From Lophium mytilinum (taxonomy: Eukaryota): a DNA stretch of 64,000 bases. Below the pieces are notes generated by a model that had not been told where the DNA came from, did not search any database, and worked only from the letters and a program-made list of their open reading frames with translations. Location: assembly GCA_010093605.1 (NCBI GenBank), contig MU004199.1, positions 62,001-126,000 of the forward strand. Reading direction: 5' to 3'. The translations under genes were made by a program, and so were the position numbers. Below are positions 34,671-47,155 of this stretch, piece by piece. Every line of letters starts with the position of its first letter. The first letter of the stretch is position 1.

Positions 34671-36109
34671 TCATGTACTCGCCATCAACTCCTTCATCAC
34701 CTCTGGATTGATAGCAAACCCCTCAAACCCCTCCAACTTCGTCTCATCACTCCCCCCGTGCTCAAAGTCCGGCGGCGGCATCCCCTTGACCATCTTAGCA
34801 TACTGCCGCTGCATATACTCCTTATTGATCCGCGTCGTCGGTGTAGCTGCAATATACGTGACACTAGCATCCTCGGTGCCGATATGTTCCGCATCCACCG
34901 CATGGCACATCTGCATTCGTCAGTGACATCCCCTCCACACAGCGCTATACCAACAAAACGGGGTCAACTCACATCCGCATGCCACCAAACCGTATCCCCC
35001 GCCTCAATCGCCGGCGCATGCACCAACGTCTCCCTCAGCCTCAAATGCGGATGCGACGTCGCGCTCAAATACTGCGAATCATTCTTAAACGTGCCCGGAA
35101 ACCAACTCCCCTCCGCATCAAACGTCCAAGCCTCCGCATCCATCACCTTCCCGCTATCCGCCGGCGGACTGAAAAACGGCCGCAGCAACACGTACGCAAC
35201 CTGCCACTTCACGTTCGGGAATAGCCTGATGGTCCCCTCACGCGGCGCGGTCCTCGTCAGTGCCGTCCACCCCTGGAACGCGCGCAGGACGGTTGATTGC
35301 CCGTCGCCGGGGTACAGCATCTGGTTTGCGTCTTTCCGCGCGTCGAGATCGTAGCAGTCGTGCTCTTCTGGGGCTCCCCCGAAGATCTTTGCGTATGTGC
35401 GACGGTAGTCGGGGTCTGCCCACCGGCACAAGCTTCCAGCGTCGACGTGCGGGCCCAGTCCGAGGAATTGAGACTTCGGGGGCCGGATTCGCACGCCGTC
35501 GACGTATAGTAAAGGGTCTGCGGAGACGTCGGGGTCAGGGGTCCAGTGCCAGAGGTTATTGATCCAGCGCATGAGGGCGATCTGGTTGGGGTGGGTGCGA
35601 AGGGCGTTTTGGGGGGTGGAGTTGTAGAGGTTTAAGATCGAGGGGGGGTCGTCTGGCCAGCCTTTGATGAGGGATTTGTTTGTTGCGACAAAGGTCTTTA
35701 GGTTGGCGAATTGGGCGTCAACTTCGGATTTGGGGATAACGCCTGAGAATATGTTAGATTTTTGAATGCTCTTCGATTTGTATAGAACAACGTGAGGCAT
35801 ACCCTTGACAACGAAACACCCAACCCTCCGGATTTCACTCTTCGCATCCTCCGAAACGGATCCCGAAAGCACATCTTGAATGTTTAGTATTGGAATGACT
35901 GCATTCCCCTTCTCTTCCAGTTCCGCCGTCACTTTCTCAAGCGCCGCACACGTCTTCACCCAGCTCTTTCGTAAAGCGTTCTCGCCATACTCTGCGATAA
36001 TCGCCTTTTTAGCAGCACCATAATCCCCATCAGCATCATAAATCTCCGCAACCTTCTTATCAAGCACGTACTCTTTCCACGCCGGCCATTCAGTCGTAAG
36101 TCCAGGCAT
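34671..36109 (-). CDS. DUF1479 (Gig2/YbiU-like) putative Fe(II)/2-oxoglutarate oxygenase, 3 exons
   Basis: YVDGVRIRPP, LGPHVDAGSLCRW (HxD), RAFQGWTAL, AYVLLRPFF, GDTVWWHADMCHAV (distal His). Confidence 0.88.
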
Positions 36110-36276
36110 CGCAGTTGGTGATAGACCTATTCTTCGTCTTGCAGCAGAAGCGTCTCGAGGGTTACGTCTCGCCCTTATCCAAACCGCGCCACCTTTTGAT
36201 GGACATCTCCTCTAGCCATACAGTAGCTCACACGGTAGCTCATAGCTCTCGGCGCTCCCCGCCGTAGGGATTTGGT

Positions 36277-36370
36277 GCGGAGTACTACGATGGGAACTAT
36301 TGGGCGGAGTAATACGATCGACTATCGTGCGGAGCACTACAATTATTAACTATCACGCGGAGTACTACGG
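36277..36370 (+). promoter_or_regulatory. Four direct repeats of GCGGAGYAMTAC in the divergent promoter
   Basis: GCGGAGTACTAC at 36277, GCGGAGTAATAC at 36304, GCGGAGCACTAC at 36329, GCGGAGTACTAC at 36357. The last three are each preceded by ACTAT+3 nt. Regulatory role is inferred. Confidence 0.6.
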
Positions 36371-36847
36371 CCCACTAGCAATTCAGCGAACAATGGGGTC
36401 ACTGGGGGTAAAGTAGGTTGGCGACGGGATTGGAAGGGTGCTTCCGGAGATCTTCACTAGAGCGCCCAATCACGAAACAGAAGAACACGGACTTGTCCGC
36501 TAGCCATGTAATAGGTGCAAAAAGTTCCGAATGTAGCAGTTCGTGATAGCGGCGGTGGCCAATCATGTAGCAGGTGTTTACGCGACGGGTTTAGAGGGTT
36601 TGGGGGGTTTAGGCTGTTATGAAGCTGAGATATCGCAATCGATAGCGGTGACCTGGAGGGTCGCGATCTTCGGGACGATAGCAGACGCTGGGGATGGAGA
36701 TATCCGTTTCGGACTACCAATGCATAATCTGGATAGGCACGATGTTTGGGATCCATAAAAAGATCAAAGGATGGCCTTAACCTACTGAAAGCTGCAACAC
36801 CAATTCCTGGGAACGACTTACGAATTCTCTATTCTCCTACAATCACC

Positions 36848-38536
36848 ATGGCGTCTTCTGACCGACAACATGTCTCTCGGCTGGTGCCTCGCAGCTCCTC
36901 AACCCTCACAGTACTGCTCATAGTAGTAGCTGTGGTGAACTCCGCGGTGAGATCAACCACTCGTGGCACCCTTCTTGATGCAAGCTAAACCCTCAAAAAG
37001 ACACTGGGTTTCGACAGCTCCATGATGAACGGCCTCAACATCCTACCCCAGTACAAAGACTACTTCCATCTGAACGCGTCTACCAGAGGCCTCCTGACCG
37101 CTGGGTCCTGGCTCGGCGGCGTCATCGCCACCTTCTTCATGCAATGGGTGCCCGACCGCTTCGGCCGCAAGCCCACTATCCTCATCGCCGCTTGCATCGG
37201 CGTCGTCGCTGCCATCATCCAAGGCGCCGCCCAGAACACCGGCATGTTCGTCATCGGCCGCATTCTCTCTGGCATCGCGGGCCAGCTCTCCGGCGGCGCG
37301 GCCCCTACTCTGATCGGCGAGACCATCAAGCCGCGGTATCGAGGCACCATTCTCGGCATCTTCTTCTCGTGCTACTATGTTGGTAGTCTGATTGCTTCAG
37401 CGGTAAACTATCGCACCGTTGACATCGCAACAACATGGGCGTGGCGCATCCCTTCAATCCTCCAGTGCGTGCCAAGTTTGCTATCGCTCGCATGCTTGCC
37501 TTTCGTGCCTGAGTCCCCTCGATGGCTAGTTGCGAACGGGAAACCGGAGCACGCACGGGAGGTGCTTGCGATTGTTTATGAAAACAATGTTTCAGAAACG
37601 ACGGAGGTGCTTGAAGAGATCAAAACTACTCTGAAGTATGAAGAGGAGCAGTATCCCGCCAACCCCTGGAAAGAGCTGATCACCGGGACCCCGAATCTGC
37701 GGCGGCTGGTTATTATCGTGTCGTTCGGGCTACTGATCGAGACGCTGGGGAACTTTGTGATCAGCTTTTATCTAGGGACGATGTTGACGCAGGCGGGAAT
37801 CACAAACCCAACAACGCAACTGCAGATCAATGTGATTTTGAACTGCTGGTGCTTCGTTGTGGCCGTGGTCGGTAGCTTCTTGCTGGACGTTGTGGGTCGG
37901 AGAAAGCAGACCCTGTGGTGTATGGTGGGAATGATTGCGACGTTTTATATTGCCGGAGGTCTCACAAAGTGTCAGTATCCATTCCTCTTAGGTGCGAGGG
38001 CAGTACTTACGCATAATAGCTTTTGGCGAGAGCACCAACACAAGCGGCATCTACGCCACTATTGCCTTCATCTTCCTCTTCCAAGGCTTCTACTCCGCAT
38101 CCATCACGCCAATGACTACCGCGTACCCCCCGGAAATCATGCCGTATCATACGCGGAATGCTGGTATCGCTGTCTTCCGATTCCTTGACTGCAGCACTGG
38201 TACGTTTGACTCCTTCCACACTCCTTTTCCTGATTCATATTGACGCTTCTTGCAGGAATGATGTACAGCTTCCTCATGTCGTATGCCATGGACAACCTCG
38301 GATGGAAGTTCTTCATGGTCAACGCATCGTACGACATAATCTTTCTCGTGGTAATGTACTATTTCTGGATTGAGACCAAGGGTATCCCGCTGGAGGAAAT
38401 TGCGGTAAAGTTCGGTGACATGGATCTGAGGGAGCTGATTGTGGGAGAAGGGAGCGAGACGATGAGTGACGGAGGTGATGGCAACGCTACGTTTGTGGAT
38501 AAGGGAGGCGTTGATATCGGGGTGAAGCAGGCGTAG
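36848..38536 (+). CDS. MFS sugar porter (lactose-permease/hexose-transporter-like), 4 exons
   Basis: LGFDSSMMNGLNILPQY, DRFGRK, IGRILSG, WAWRIPS, PESPRWL, DVVGRR, YPPEI, ETKGIPLEEI. Confidence 0.92.
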
Positions 38537-38819
38537 AGGATGATGAGTTGAAACTCAGCGCTAGTATTGCACTGTTGCTAAGAATAGTAGGCAGCCTATA
38601 AATCCTCCATCCTTGACTTTTGATATGTTTCTCATGTAGCGAAGGCCTCGAACGTGATGACTTGATGGATGCAGGGTTTCTCTGCGCCCCGTGAGACCTT
38701 GAAAGGTGATATTAGCAAAATGGACGTTACTACTTCGGTTGAGTGCAGAATATATGCAGACAGAAACGCCACGAGAAGGGCATCTCTAATACGGGGATAC
38801 AGTGAAGAGCTCATTACCT

Positions 38820-40985
38820 TCAGTCTGTGAATAGGCAGTAAGAAAAACATGCCCCCACACAACAAAGGACAAAAAACCACCAACACAGGAAAAAGTTGGA
38901 GAGAAATACGTTCGGTGCCCATTTCCCAAGAGGCATAAAGAAACACAAACTAAAACTGAGACCCAAGCACAAAAGCTGCCATCTCATGCGTACCAGCCTG
39001 TATGCTAAGTTCCCTTCCCGCCCTGCACGCTTCTCAAACAACTCCCTCCACACAAAATGCCAGAAGAAGTCGACCCTGTTCGCCGTAACGACCGAGTTCC
39101 ATCTTTTCTCTCGAGTCTCATAATCATCTAACTTCTCCCCACTTTTCGGTCTTGCCATATAATCCAACCTCTCTTTCCACATGGTGCCTAGCCTACCTTG
39201 TCCATCATACGGTTGCATCCTCATAAATCCAGTCCATCTCCTCACCGTACGCTTCGCCACTTCTTCGCCCACTTCAAACCACTCGTGATGCCTCCTCCCA
39301 CACTTTGAACACACAAACGTAATTCGACGATGAGCAAGCTCGTCGTGCACCAGCTTCTCCGCCCGCTTGTAGTTAGCAACTGGGAGCTGCTCCTTGCCAT
39401 CTTCGTCATCCAGGTACACGACATCGAGGCGACGTTTGCATGATCTTTCGTGGCCCAGGCGGCGATTGGTGATGGTGCCTGCTGTCATACCGATCTTTAA
39501 ATGCCTAGGTTTGAGTGGGTCGCGCATGATGTAGACGAACCCTTTGTCGGGGCTAGGGGTGGGGAGGGACCTGCAGAGGGTGCCTAGAATCATCTCGTCG
39601 ACAACGCGAGGGGTTGAGGCTTTGGGGGTTGCTAGCTTCTCGAGTGACTTTTCGTTTGGAGTCGCAGGCGCTTTTGTTGAAGCAGCTTTCTTTGGCCTAC
39701 CTCTCGATCGCTTAGTTGGTGTGAGGGAAGAGAGTGAAGGATCTGTAGCTACTTCCGGGGTCCTTTCCCGGGATTCGGTAGATTCAGACCCGTCGGTCTC
39801 AGATTCGTCAACTGATGATGAATCGCTGCAAGATGGGATTTCATTGTAGAAGTTGGAGCTGGGCGAGTTGCGGATGTCTGTGGTAGTGCTGATAGGCTCT
39901 ACATCGAGCCCCAGGTAGGAGGTACCAGTAGCTGCTGCAGAAGGCTGTTTTGTTGGCTCAGCATCGCTTTTACAGAGGGCAAATCCTCCTGGTGGCCGTG
40001 GTGCAGGTGTAGGCTGAGAACGTCTTCTCAGGGTATTTGCCGTTGATGACTGATTGCCCGATTGTTCTCGAAAGGCTATAATATTGCCTTGGTCCCTATT
40101 CGAAGAACCCCTTCTCCGTTCTTTTCGCCCACCATGAGGCGAGCGGTCCGCCGTGAGAGTGGCGTTTTCTCGCAATGGCAAGTATGGTTCGCTGACGGAA
40201 GAGTGGACGTGTGGTATCTGCAACGGGGGTTCGTCTTGCTGCGTCTTCGGTGGATTAGCTATAGAGTTCCACCTCGGGCGATTATAGCTTTCTAACGGTG
40301 GGCAGTCGTATACTATTTTAGGCGGAGGTGGAGGAATTGGAGATGGTCTTCTGGGCGGTACGGCCCTCGCCGAGCGGTTGTTCGGAACAAGGAAGGAACC
40401 TTGTGAGAATGGTGATCTTGGCGGTATGCTGGCCTGAATGGCAGATCTTGCTCTTGGAGATGGTGAGCCGGTATCAGAGGTCGTTCGAAGTCCCGTCGTG
40501 TCGTCGAATGATGCACCTAGAGAGCTACGAGAGGGCTTCCGTTTTCTATTCTGGCTCACAGACGGAGCCCTTTCGACATTTCCTTCTGATTCGGGTCTCG
40601 TTGAGAACAAGGAGTCGTAATCGTGGTTTGCTGGTAGTGGCGAAGGGCCAGGGCCCCCCGGAAGATGATTGATTGTAGTATCTAGATCATCAATTGATGG
40701 CAGTGCCTCAGCACGAGAAGCATCAACATAGTCTTGCTCCGTTTTCCAAGTTTGTACCCTTTCTTTCAGCATGTAAATTACGGTTTGATTCTGATGCAGA
40801 CCACAAAGCCATTGGCAGATTACTTGTTCCTCGGGTACGTTGGAGATCTTTTCGAGTATTGACTGGGCGTCTGATTGGTTTTGAGTGGCGCCATCGCAGG
40901 ACTCGTGTCCTAAGAACGAGTAGAAGCATTTGTTTACCCCCAAACCAAGAATAAGCTCATCGACAAGCTCATTGAATGTGGCCAT
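38820..40985 (-). CDS. T5orf172/MUG113-type GIY-YIG domain protein, intronless
   Basis: KGFVYIMRD...LKIGMT...RR...RAEKLVHDEL...CSKCGRRHHEWFEV; AT-hook KRSRGRPKK; hydrophobic C-terminus. Confidence 0.82.
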   Translation of the reverse strand: MATFNELVDELILGLGVNKCFYSFLGHESCDGATQNQSDAQSILEKISNVPEEQVICQWLCGLHQNQTVIYMLKERVQTWKTEQDYVDASRAEALPSIDDLDTTINHLPGGPGPSPLPANHDYDSLFSTRPESEGNVERAPSVSQNRKRKPSRSSLGASFDDTTGLRTTSDTGSPSPRARSAIQASIPPRSPFSQGSFLVPNNRSARAVPPRRPSPIPPPPPKIVYDCPPLESYNRPRWNSIANPPKTQQDEPPLQIPHVHSSVSEPYLPLRENATLTADRSPHGGRKERRRGSSNRDQGNIIAFREQSGNQSSTANTLRRRSQPTPAPRPPGGFALCKSDAEPTKQPSAAATGTSYLGLDVEPISTTTDIRNSPSSNFYNEIPSCSDSSSVDESETDGSESTESRERTPEVATDPSLSSLTPTKRSRGRPKKAASTKAPATPNEKSLEKLATPKASTPRVVDEMILGTLCRSLPTPSPDKGFVYIMRDPLKPRHLKIGMTAGTITNRRLGHERSCKRRLDVVYLDDEDGKEQLPVANYKRAEKLVHDELAHRRITFVCSKCGRRHHEWFEVGEEVAKRTVRRWTGFMRMQPYDGQGRLGTMWKERLDYMARPKSGEKLDDYETREKRWNSVVTANRVDFFWHFVWRELFEKRAGREGNLAYRLVRMRWQLLCLGLSFSLCFFMPLGKWAPNVFLSNFFLCWWFFVLCCVGACFSYCLFTD

Positions 40986-42834
40986 TTTGCAAAGAAGTGT
41001 TCGAAAGAACCAGGAAATGTCCGAGTAATGGGTGCACCAATGTCTGTACTAACCATCTGCAAGTCTCATCTCTACAGGCAGAGACGTACCGTGAGGCTGG
41101 GGCTTGGAAGGCAGTGCTCGGGCTGTACTCCAACAACTAGACCGGGGAACGGCAACTCGACCTTCCTCTTCCTTCCGCCACAGCGTGTCGCATTAGTTGA
41201 TTACCAGGCACGTCAGGCAGCCTCGCTCGTTGGAGTTCGAGGGGTTGCTGTGCCGCACGCGCAACCCCTGTTAGCCAGCACCGCCTCAAGTTCGGCATCC
41301 CTCAACTGGAAGTGTGTGCATGAAATTCGACGCAGCTGAAAGGTCAGGTGGAACAAGTTGAAGGGAAGAATTTCTATCGCCGTGTAGCTGCCCAGTTGTG
41401 GTGGTTGCTGATGATGCAGCAAATCCTCTGCTTGGCGCGCGGTAATTGCGTGAAACGTTGAGCGTGAGATCATCATGCAGGTACTGTGCTGCCCAAATTT
41501 AGAATCTGTCGTTCAGTAGCTCAAGTGTAGCAGCAAGACGCTCTCGGGGCTGCTTCAAGCGTTTCCCATGGTGACGCTGCCGTATTCTCTCTATGGGGCA
41601 TGATTTAGATTCTTCGCCTGGGCCATGCACCAATCTCAAAGGGACAAGAGCAGAAGTTAGTGCCAATTTGATGAATCAACGCGTATAAATGAAAATGATG
41701 TCGAGCCGGATGGAATAGAAGGAAGTGAGGGTACGAAGATGGAAACAACATACCACTAGCTAAATGCCACTAAAACGTGTCAAAAGTGGCAAGCCCATGT
41801 AACCAGCAAGCGATTTTGCATTTTTACTCTCACACGAACAACTATCATAGCGCGATCAATGGCTCTCATAGCAGTAATCTATATCTTCATTCTATTCTAC
41901 TACATAGCCGCAAAGCACTACGCTGGTTCTCAGGGCCTAGCACTGATTGAGATCGTTGCGCGCTCTTCCGATAGCAGCCCCTGAAACAGCACCACCCACA
42001 CCACCCACACCTCCTTCACCCTCCTTGTCCATGGGAGATTAAGAGATATCGACGATACGATAGAATTCGAAGCTGTTAAAGGAGGCTCGACAAGCAGGTA
42101 GACCCATCATTTCAGTTATTTCACATCCTTGACGCCTTAGAGAGCTTGCAAAGCCCTAAGTCGGCACTCATATAGTTTGAATCTCCTAGTCTGACAACTA
42201 AAGAACCAGACCCAAGGTCTATTACTACAAGATCTTACATTGACCAACCGAGGTCTCTTTGATGGCCTTTGTGGGACTAGAGATGACCTTTATAGAACCT
42301 ACAGCAATAGATAATTACTCTAGCAGATCTTTGAGCTTTCACAACTTTGATAGAAGACTGAGAGGTTGTGACTGGCAAATGGATTTCACGCCCCCACGTT
42401 CGTCGAGCGAGTGCTACTGCAGCGACACATACAAAGGAGAAATGCTGGTCCAAAAAGTCTACCGTCATAGAATTCGGAATAATCGCTTTCCATGAGAATA
42501 GTGTTGCTCAACAAATATGATGGAGTGAAAATCACGTAGCGTAGCCAGGAACCAACAACCATGGGCGGCACGCCACGAATCACATCAAAAACAGCCATCT
42601 AGCAGAAGTCAAAGTAAAGGGTTCCCACAAATGGGGAACCCCAATTCCATTAGCCATCAAGGGCCTATCAGAAGTAGTAGTCCAGGACCATCGTGTTACA
42701 CAGAGCCCCGAGCCAATTCCCGAGAAACCGTATCCCATTTGAGAGCCACCGGTCCCAGCAACCTTTTTACTCCCATCGCAGTAATTAGCAACAGGCTCCC
42801 CACAACACCGATCTAGCCCCCGTCGACCTAAGGT

Positions 42835-45299
42835 CTATAGGGGGTTCGCAGCCAGCGCCGGGCCGTGGCGTTGGTCCAGGTCGTCGTAGTTGAGGTCGTA
42901 TTCCTTCTGTTAACGAGGTCAGTGGCGAGAAGTTTGTTGGGTGGGGAATGTGGAACGTACCCGCTCCCGCCGCCAATTCATCACGTCGAAGAAGAGGTAC
43001 CAACCGCGCTCCTCGCGCTGCGAGATGCGGATTGGCTGCGGCAGCTCGGGGTCCTTCATCATCCACTGCTGCAGGACTTTGTGCCATCGCCAGTCGCGTT
43101 GGTAGCTGTAGAATTTGTTAGCTTTCTAGATATACGTTGGCAAGGAGAGGGAGCACATACAGCTCGCCCGCAGCAATCTCCTGCATGATGTCTCGCGGAT
43201 ATTGGTAGAAGATCGCAAGCAGGGTCTCGGTGGAGAAGCTGTTCATCTTAGTGTGCAATTCCGGCACATTCGTGACCGTGTAAGCAGCAGGTAGAGTAAA
43301 GTCTGGTGGAATGACTGGCTTGGACATTGATTCGACAAAGGGAGAGCCGAATGTGGGATGCAAGGGAGAACCGCTGCTCAGTGTCAGTCTGTTAACATCA
43401 TTGCAGTAAGAGTCTATGCAACTTACTCGGGGCGGCTTAGGTCGAGGCCCAAGACTGTGAGGTCCTGTCCAACAGCAAGGGTAGAATGATCGGGGCTTTC
43501 GAGTGGGATCATGGCCAATAGACCAGGGAGACCGAAGCGTTCCTTCTCGGTCATCTCCGACAAACGCTTGTGCTGCGGTGCCTGCTGACTTGGAGACTGG
43601 ACGGCGTCTGAGCCAAAGCTCTGATCCCACTGTGTCTGTTGTGTCCGCTGGGGCTGTCCTGCGATACTTCCTGATCTCATGGGTAGTTGTGAGCCGATCA
43701 AAGACATGTTGCCTAGTCCTTGCGCGCCCCGGCCAAGACCCTACAGGAGTTTAGTATATTTCTCAAAACCTGGTCAATGGGTTTTGGCTTACGTTTCTGT
43801 CTGTATCTTGAAAGGCCCCTCGCAAACCATCGTACTGTGCACGAGAGACTAAAATTGCCGAATTAGAACGTTTCCATTGAAAAGACGCAGGGCAAGACTT
43901 ACCTCCCGCACCAGCCCCACCAGCATGCATGCTTCTGTCGCCCACTGCTGTTCCTATTGACCGGTCCTGTTGGCCGTCTGTTGGGCTCGATAGTCCGTTC
44001 CTAGTCTGACCGAGACCGGGGAAGGCACCAGTGTTTGCGTTCGCTCCGTACGCCGCGTTCTGTATCATTCCTGTCCGCCGGTCTGGTCCCGCTTCTCCCC
44101 CGGCACCGCCTAATGGAGGGAACTCCTCAATATTGCCCGTCTGGGGCTGAGTCGAGCCAGAGAGTTGTCCTACGCCTGCTTGTCCACCAAATCGGTAGTC
44201 ATCTGCCCCGCTCGGATATTGTCCTTGGGTAGCGCCTGCTCCATCTTCATGTATCGGGGTCTGAAGTTGTTGGTGTTGATTCGAAGGTTGGGCGGCTTGG
44301 CCTTGTGGTGGATTCTGACCTTGCGGTCGCTGGATGGTGGAGTGCTGGGCTTGAGCTTGCACTTGGGCTTGTATGTTCTGGCGAGCCCAAATCTGTTGCG
44401 CGGAGGTGTTCTGCTGTGCTTGTGGGGCGCCGGAGAGCGATGGAAACTCCCTGGAGTCATGTAAGTTTAGTACTGGTTGCTCTTCTACGTCTTCTGTAGA
44501 CCACATGGTGGCGTTGTATTCGCAAGTGGAGTGATGGTGGAGTGATGGTGGAGTGATGGTGGAGTGATGATGGTTTGAACTTGGTGTTTGAGGGTGGAGA
44601 GCGGTTGAAGAGCAGGCAGAAGTGAATGTAGACACGCGGGAACGCCTTCCTGTGAGGTAGACTTATAGAACTTACGATGGATCCAGCGGGGTGTGTGGTT
44701 GTGAGCTTCCTATTGTCTGCGCGAAGCTGGACAGGCCGCCGCCGTTTGTTCTTGCTTGCGCTGTCGCAAGGCCTGGTGCACCTCCCATAGGTCCTCCAAA
44801 TCCCCATTGAGATCCACTGCCTAGAACCAACACCTCAGTTAGCTCCAGACAACAAGTATACACAGTTCAGGCAGTCATCCGTACCGATCTTGCCATTCTG
44901 CAGTCTTCCCGTCGCCAGTGGTGTTCCGCGCGCCGCGGGTGCTTGCTGGTTTTGGAACATGCCGGAGGGAATTGTTCGTAGGGGCTGAGGGCCAGGTCCT
45001 GATAGAATTCCAGGTTAGCTATGTCCTGCTCATTCGATGCAAGTTTGGCGCGGCACGGCCGTGGGAGTCCAGGTAGAAAAGACAGGCGTTTGACGGAGGT
45101 TGGCGAATCGCATTGCTGTGGGTTGTATTATGGATGTCTGTGGTCGCCGGGTCCGGACCTTCTATTCTCCAAGACAGACCACACAAGTTCCTTGCAGCGA
45201 TATTTGACAGACCAGGGCGAAACTGTCTTCGATGTCGGAGGACTATGCGAGCTGGCGGCGTAATATAAGGTTGAAGGGGAACTAACCTGGACGATTCAT
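42835..45299 (-). CDS. NOT2: CCR4-NOT complex subunit Not2, multi-exon
   Basis: MNRPG start at 45299; EFPSL/EEFPPL motifs; ERFGLPGLL, GQDLTVLGLDL; NOT box FSTETLLAIFYQYPRDIMQEIAAGELYQRDWRWHK. Stop TAG at 42835. Confidence 0.9.
44526..44569 (+). repeat. 11-bp tandem repeat (GTGGAGTGATG)x4 in a NOT2 intron
   Basis: Read directly from the sequence. Confidence 0.9.
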
Positions 45300-46335
45300 A
45301 TTCTGCCAACGCAGGAACGTGCTTCACCAGTTGCAAGTAGCAGAAATGGCCAGGAGAGGTGTTTCCTGGGGGTTGTGGTCGAGATTGTTTCCAGTGGAGC
45401 TGTCCAGGTGAGGTTCCATGGGTGATCGACGAGCTCTAGTCCGGGGTGGTTCAGGCCCGCTTTATCGCTTGGCACACGTGCCTGAGGCCTTGGGCGCAAG
45501 CTGCAGCTTAGACTCGGAACGATAGAAGAGCTGTGTATCTACACCACGCATTTGATTGGCACTAATATAGATATAAAGAGCAAGTCCTGTGTTATTATAT
45601 ATCCTCTATTATATGCTTCCTCTCTTATGTTTTTTTAGCAGTGGCCGCATGGTACCGTCCTTAATTGACCCTTTCCCAACCTCCTTATAAACAACCGTCA
45701 TCAGCTCGACAGCCCCCCAGCGCTGTAGTTAGATGTCCAAATTAGGGAACGAGATTCTGATAAAGCAGTGTGATATTCGCGTGGGATTTCTATCTGGCTA
45801 CTTAGTCGAGTTTCGCATTCCAACAATTCTCATAGATTTAGAACGGTAGAAGGGATCTCTAGTAGACTAGTATATTCCTACCAATCATACAAACCAGGTA
45901 GTATCTACCAACAGTGGTCGAGTATACCTTTGTACAGCGTCACAGCGTACGCCTCGTCAAAATTTGCACTTCAATAAGCTTGTTCTTCCATTACTTCACC
46001 GTCAGGTTTTAGACTCTGCGTTAGTGACTAGGGTTCACGTGGACCTCATAGTGATTTAAAGCGAATGGAGTGTGTAGCGCAATTCGCTGTGTGTTTAGGA
46101 AATGGTCGTTGAAAAAAGATTATATTGGAATAACAGAGACAATCGAGGACTGTCCAGCGTAAAACCAACAGTACAAAAAAAACAAGGTGCGCAAATCCCC
46201 CTCAAACTTCTGGTGAAGCTCTTGAACGAATAGTCTGAGATAGAATCTTGTGCAAATACAAGTTCGAACAAACCAAATTAGCAAAGATGGAAAAGCATAT
46301 TGCGAAAGAATGGCGCGCGAAGTAGCGATTCTCAA

Positions 46336-47155
46336 CTACCGCCGGGCTTGAAGCATGTTCTTCAAGGTTTCCGTCTCCCCTTCTAGCCTAGCGACTCGAA
46401 CTTTTAGGGCATCTCGTTCACGTTCAGTCTCCCTCAGCGCATCCTCGAGCTGCTTCATTTGATCGACCCGTTTCTGGCGATAACGACGGGCCGCAAGTGT
46501 ATTTTGCTTGCGCTTTTCTATGCGGGAGGGATTGGCCGAGGTGCTGGAGTGCGTAGGGCTAGGTGTTCCGGAAGGAACGGGTTTATCGGAGAGCTCAAGT
46601 GGCGGTTGAGGAAGAGGTTGTTGATCATGTGCAAATATACTGTCTGTGCGATTGTTAGAGTACATTCATTTCGAAAGAGGTGATACACTTACCCTGATTG
46701 ATATCGGGGTAAAAGCCACCATCACGCTGAGGTATTGTTTCACTATGTCCCGTATTGGCGGTACTGAAATTAAAGAAAGTGGAGTCATCGAGCAATGAAT
46801 CTTCGGCCCCATGGCTAAATCCTAGATCAAGATTGTAGAGGGCATTGGCGGGTAAGGGGAGCGGTTGAGAGGTAGGGTTGAGGAGCCAGTCTGAGGAATT
46901 GTCGAAGGCGGCAGAGGAGGCAGCGGAGAGGGATTGGGATGAAAGAAGCGGTGCTTGAGAGAAGGTAGCGAATTGGTCTGGATTGATTGCATTGTCTCCC
47001 GAGGGCCAGCACTCGGGTTCGGCGGAGTAACTGGAGGAAGAACTATCGTGGGTCGGCGGGGTTACAGTGTTGTCGTGGCGAGTAGAAGATGTTGAAGACC
47101 ATTCGTGAGGCAGCGGCGCTGGAACATGCGGCGGCACCCATCTTTGTATTGTTTG
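46336..47155 (-). CDS. bZIP transcription factor, JlbA/IDI-4-like (Gcn4/Jun-related); start codon unresolved
   Basis: Basic region IEKRKQNTLAARRYRQKR plus leucine zipper. Intron 46692-46644 (GTAAGT...CTAAC...CAG) joins an upstream stop-free frame open to 47155. Confidence 0.8.

Noticed and set aside
36277..36370. CRISPR-like repeat-spacer appearance
   Set aside because: Eukaryotic context, 12-bp repeats, similar short spacers and no cas genes.
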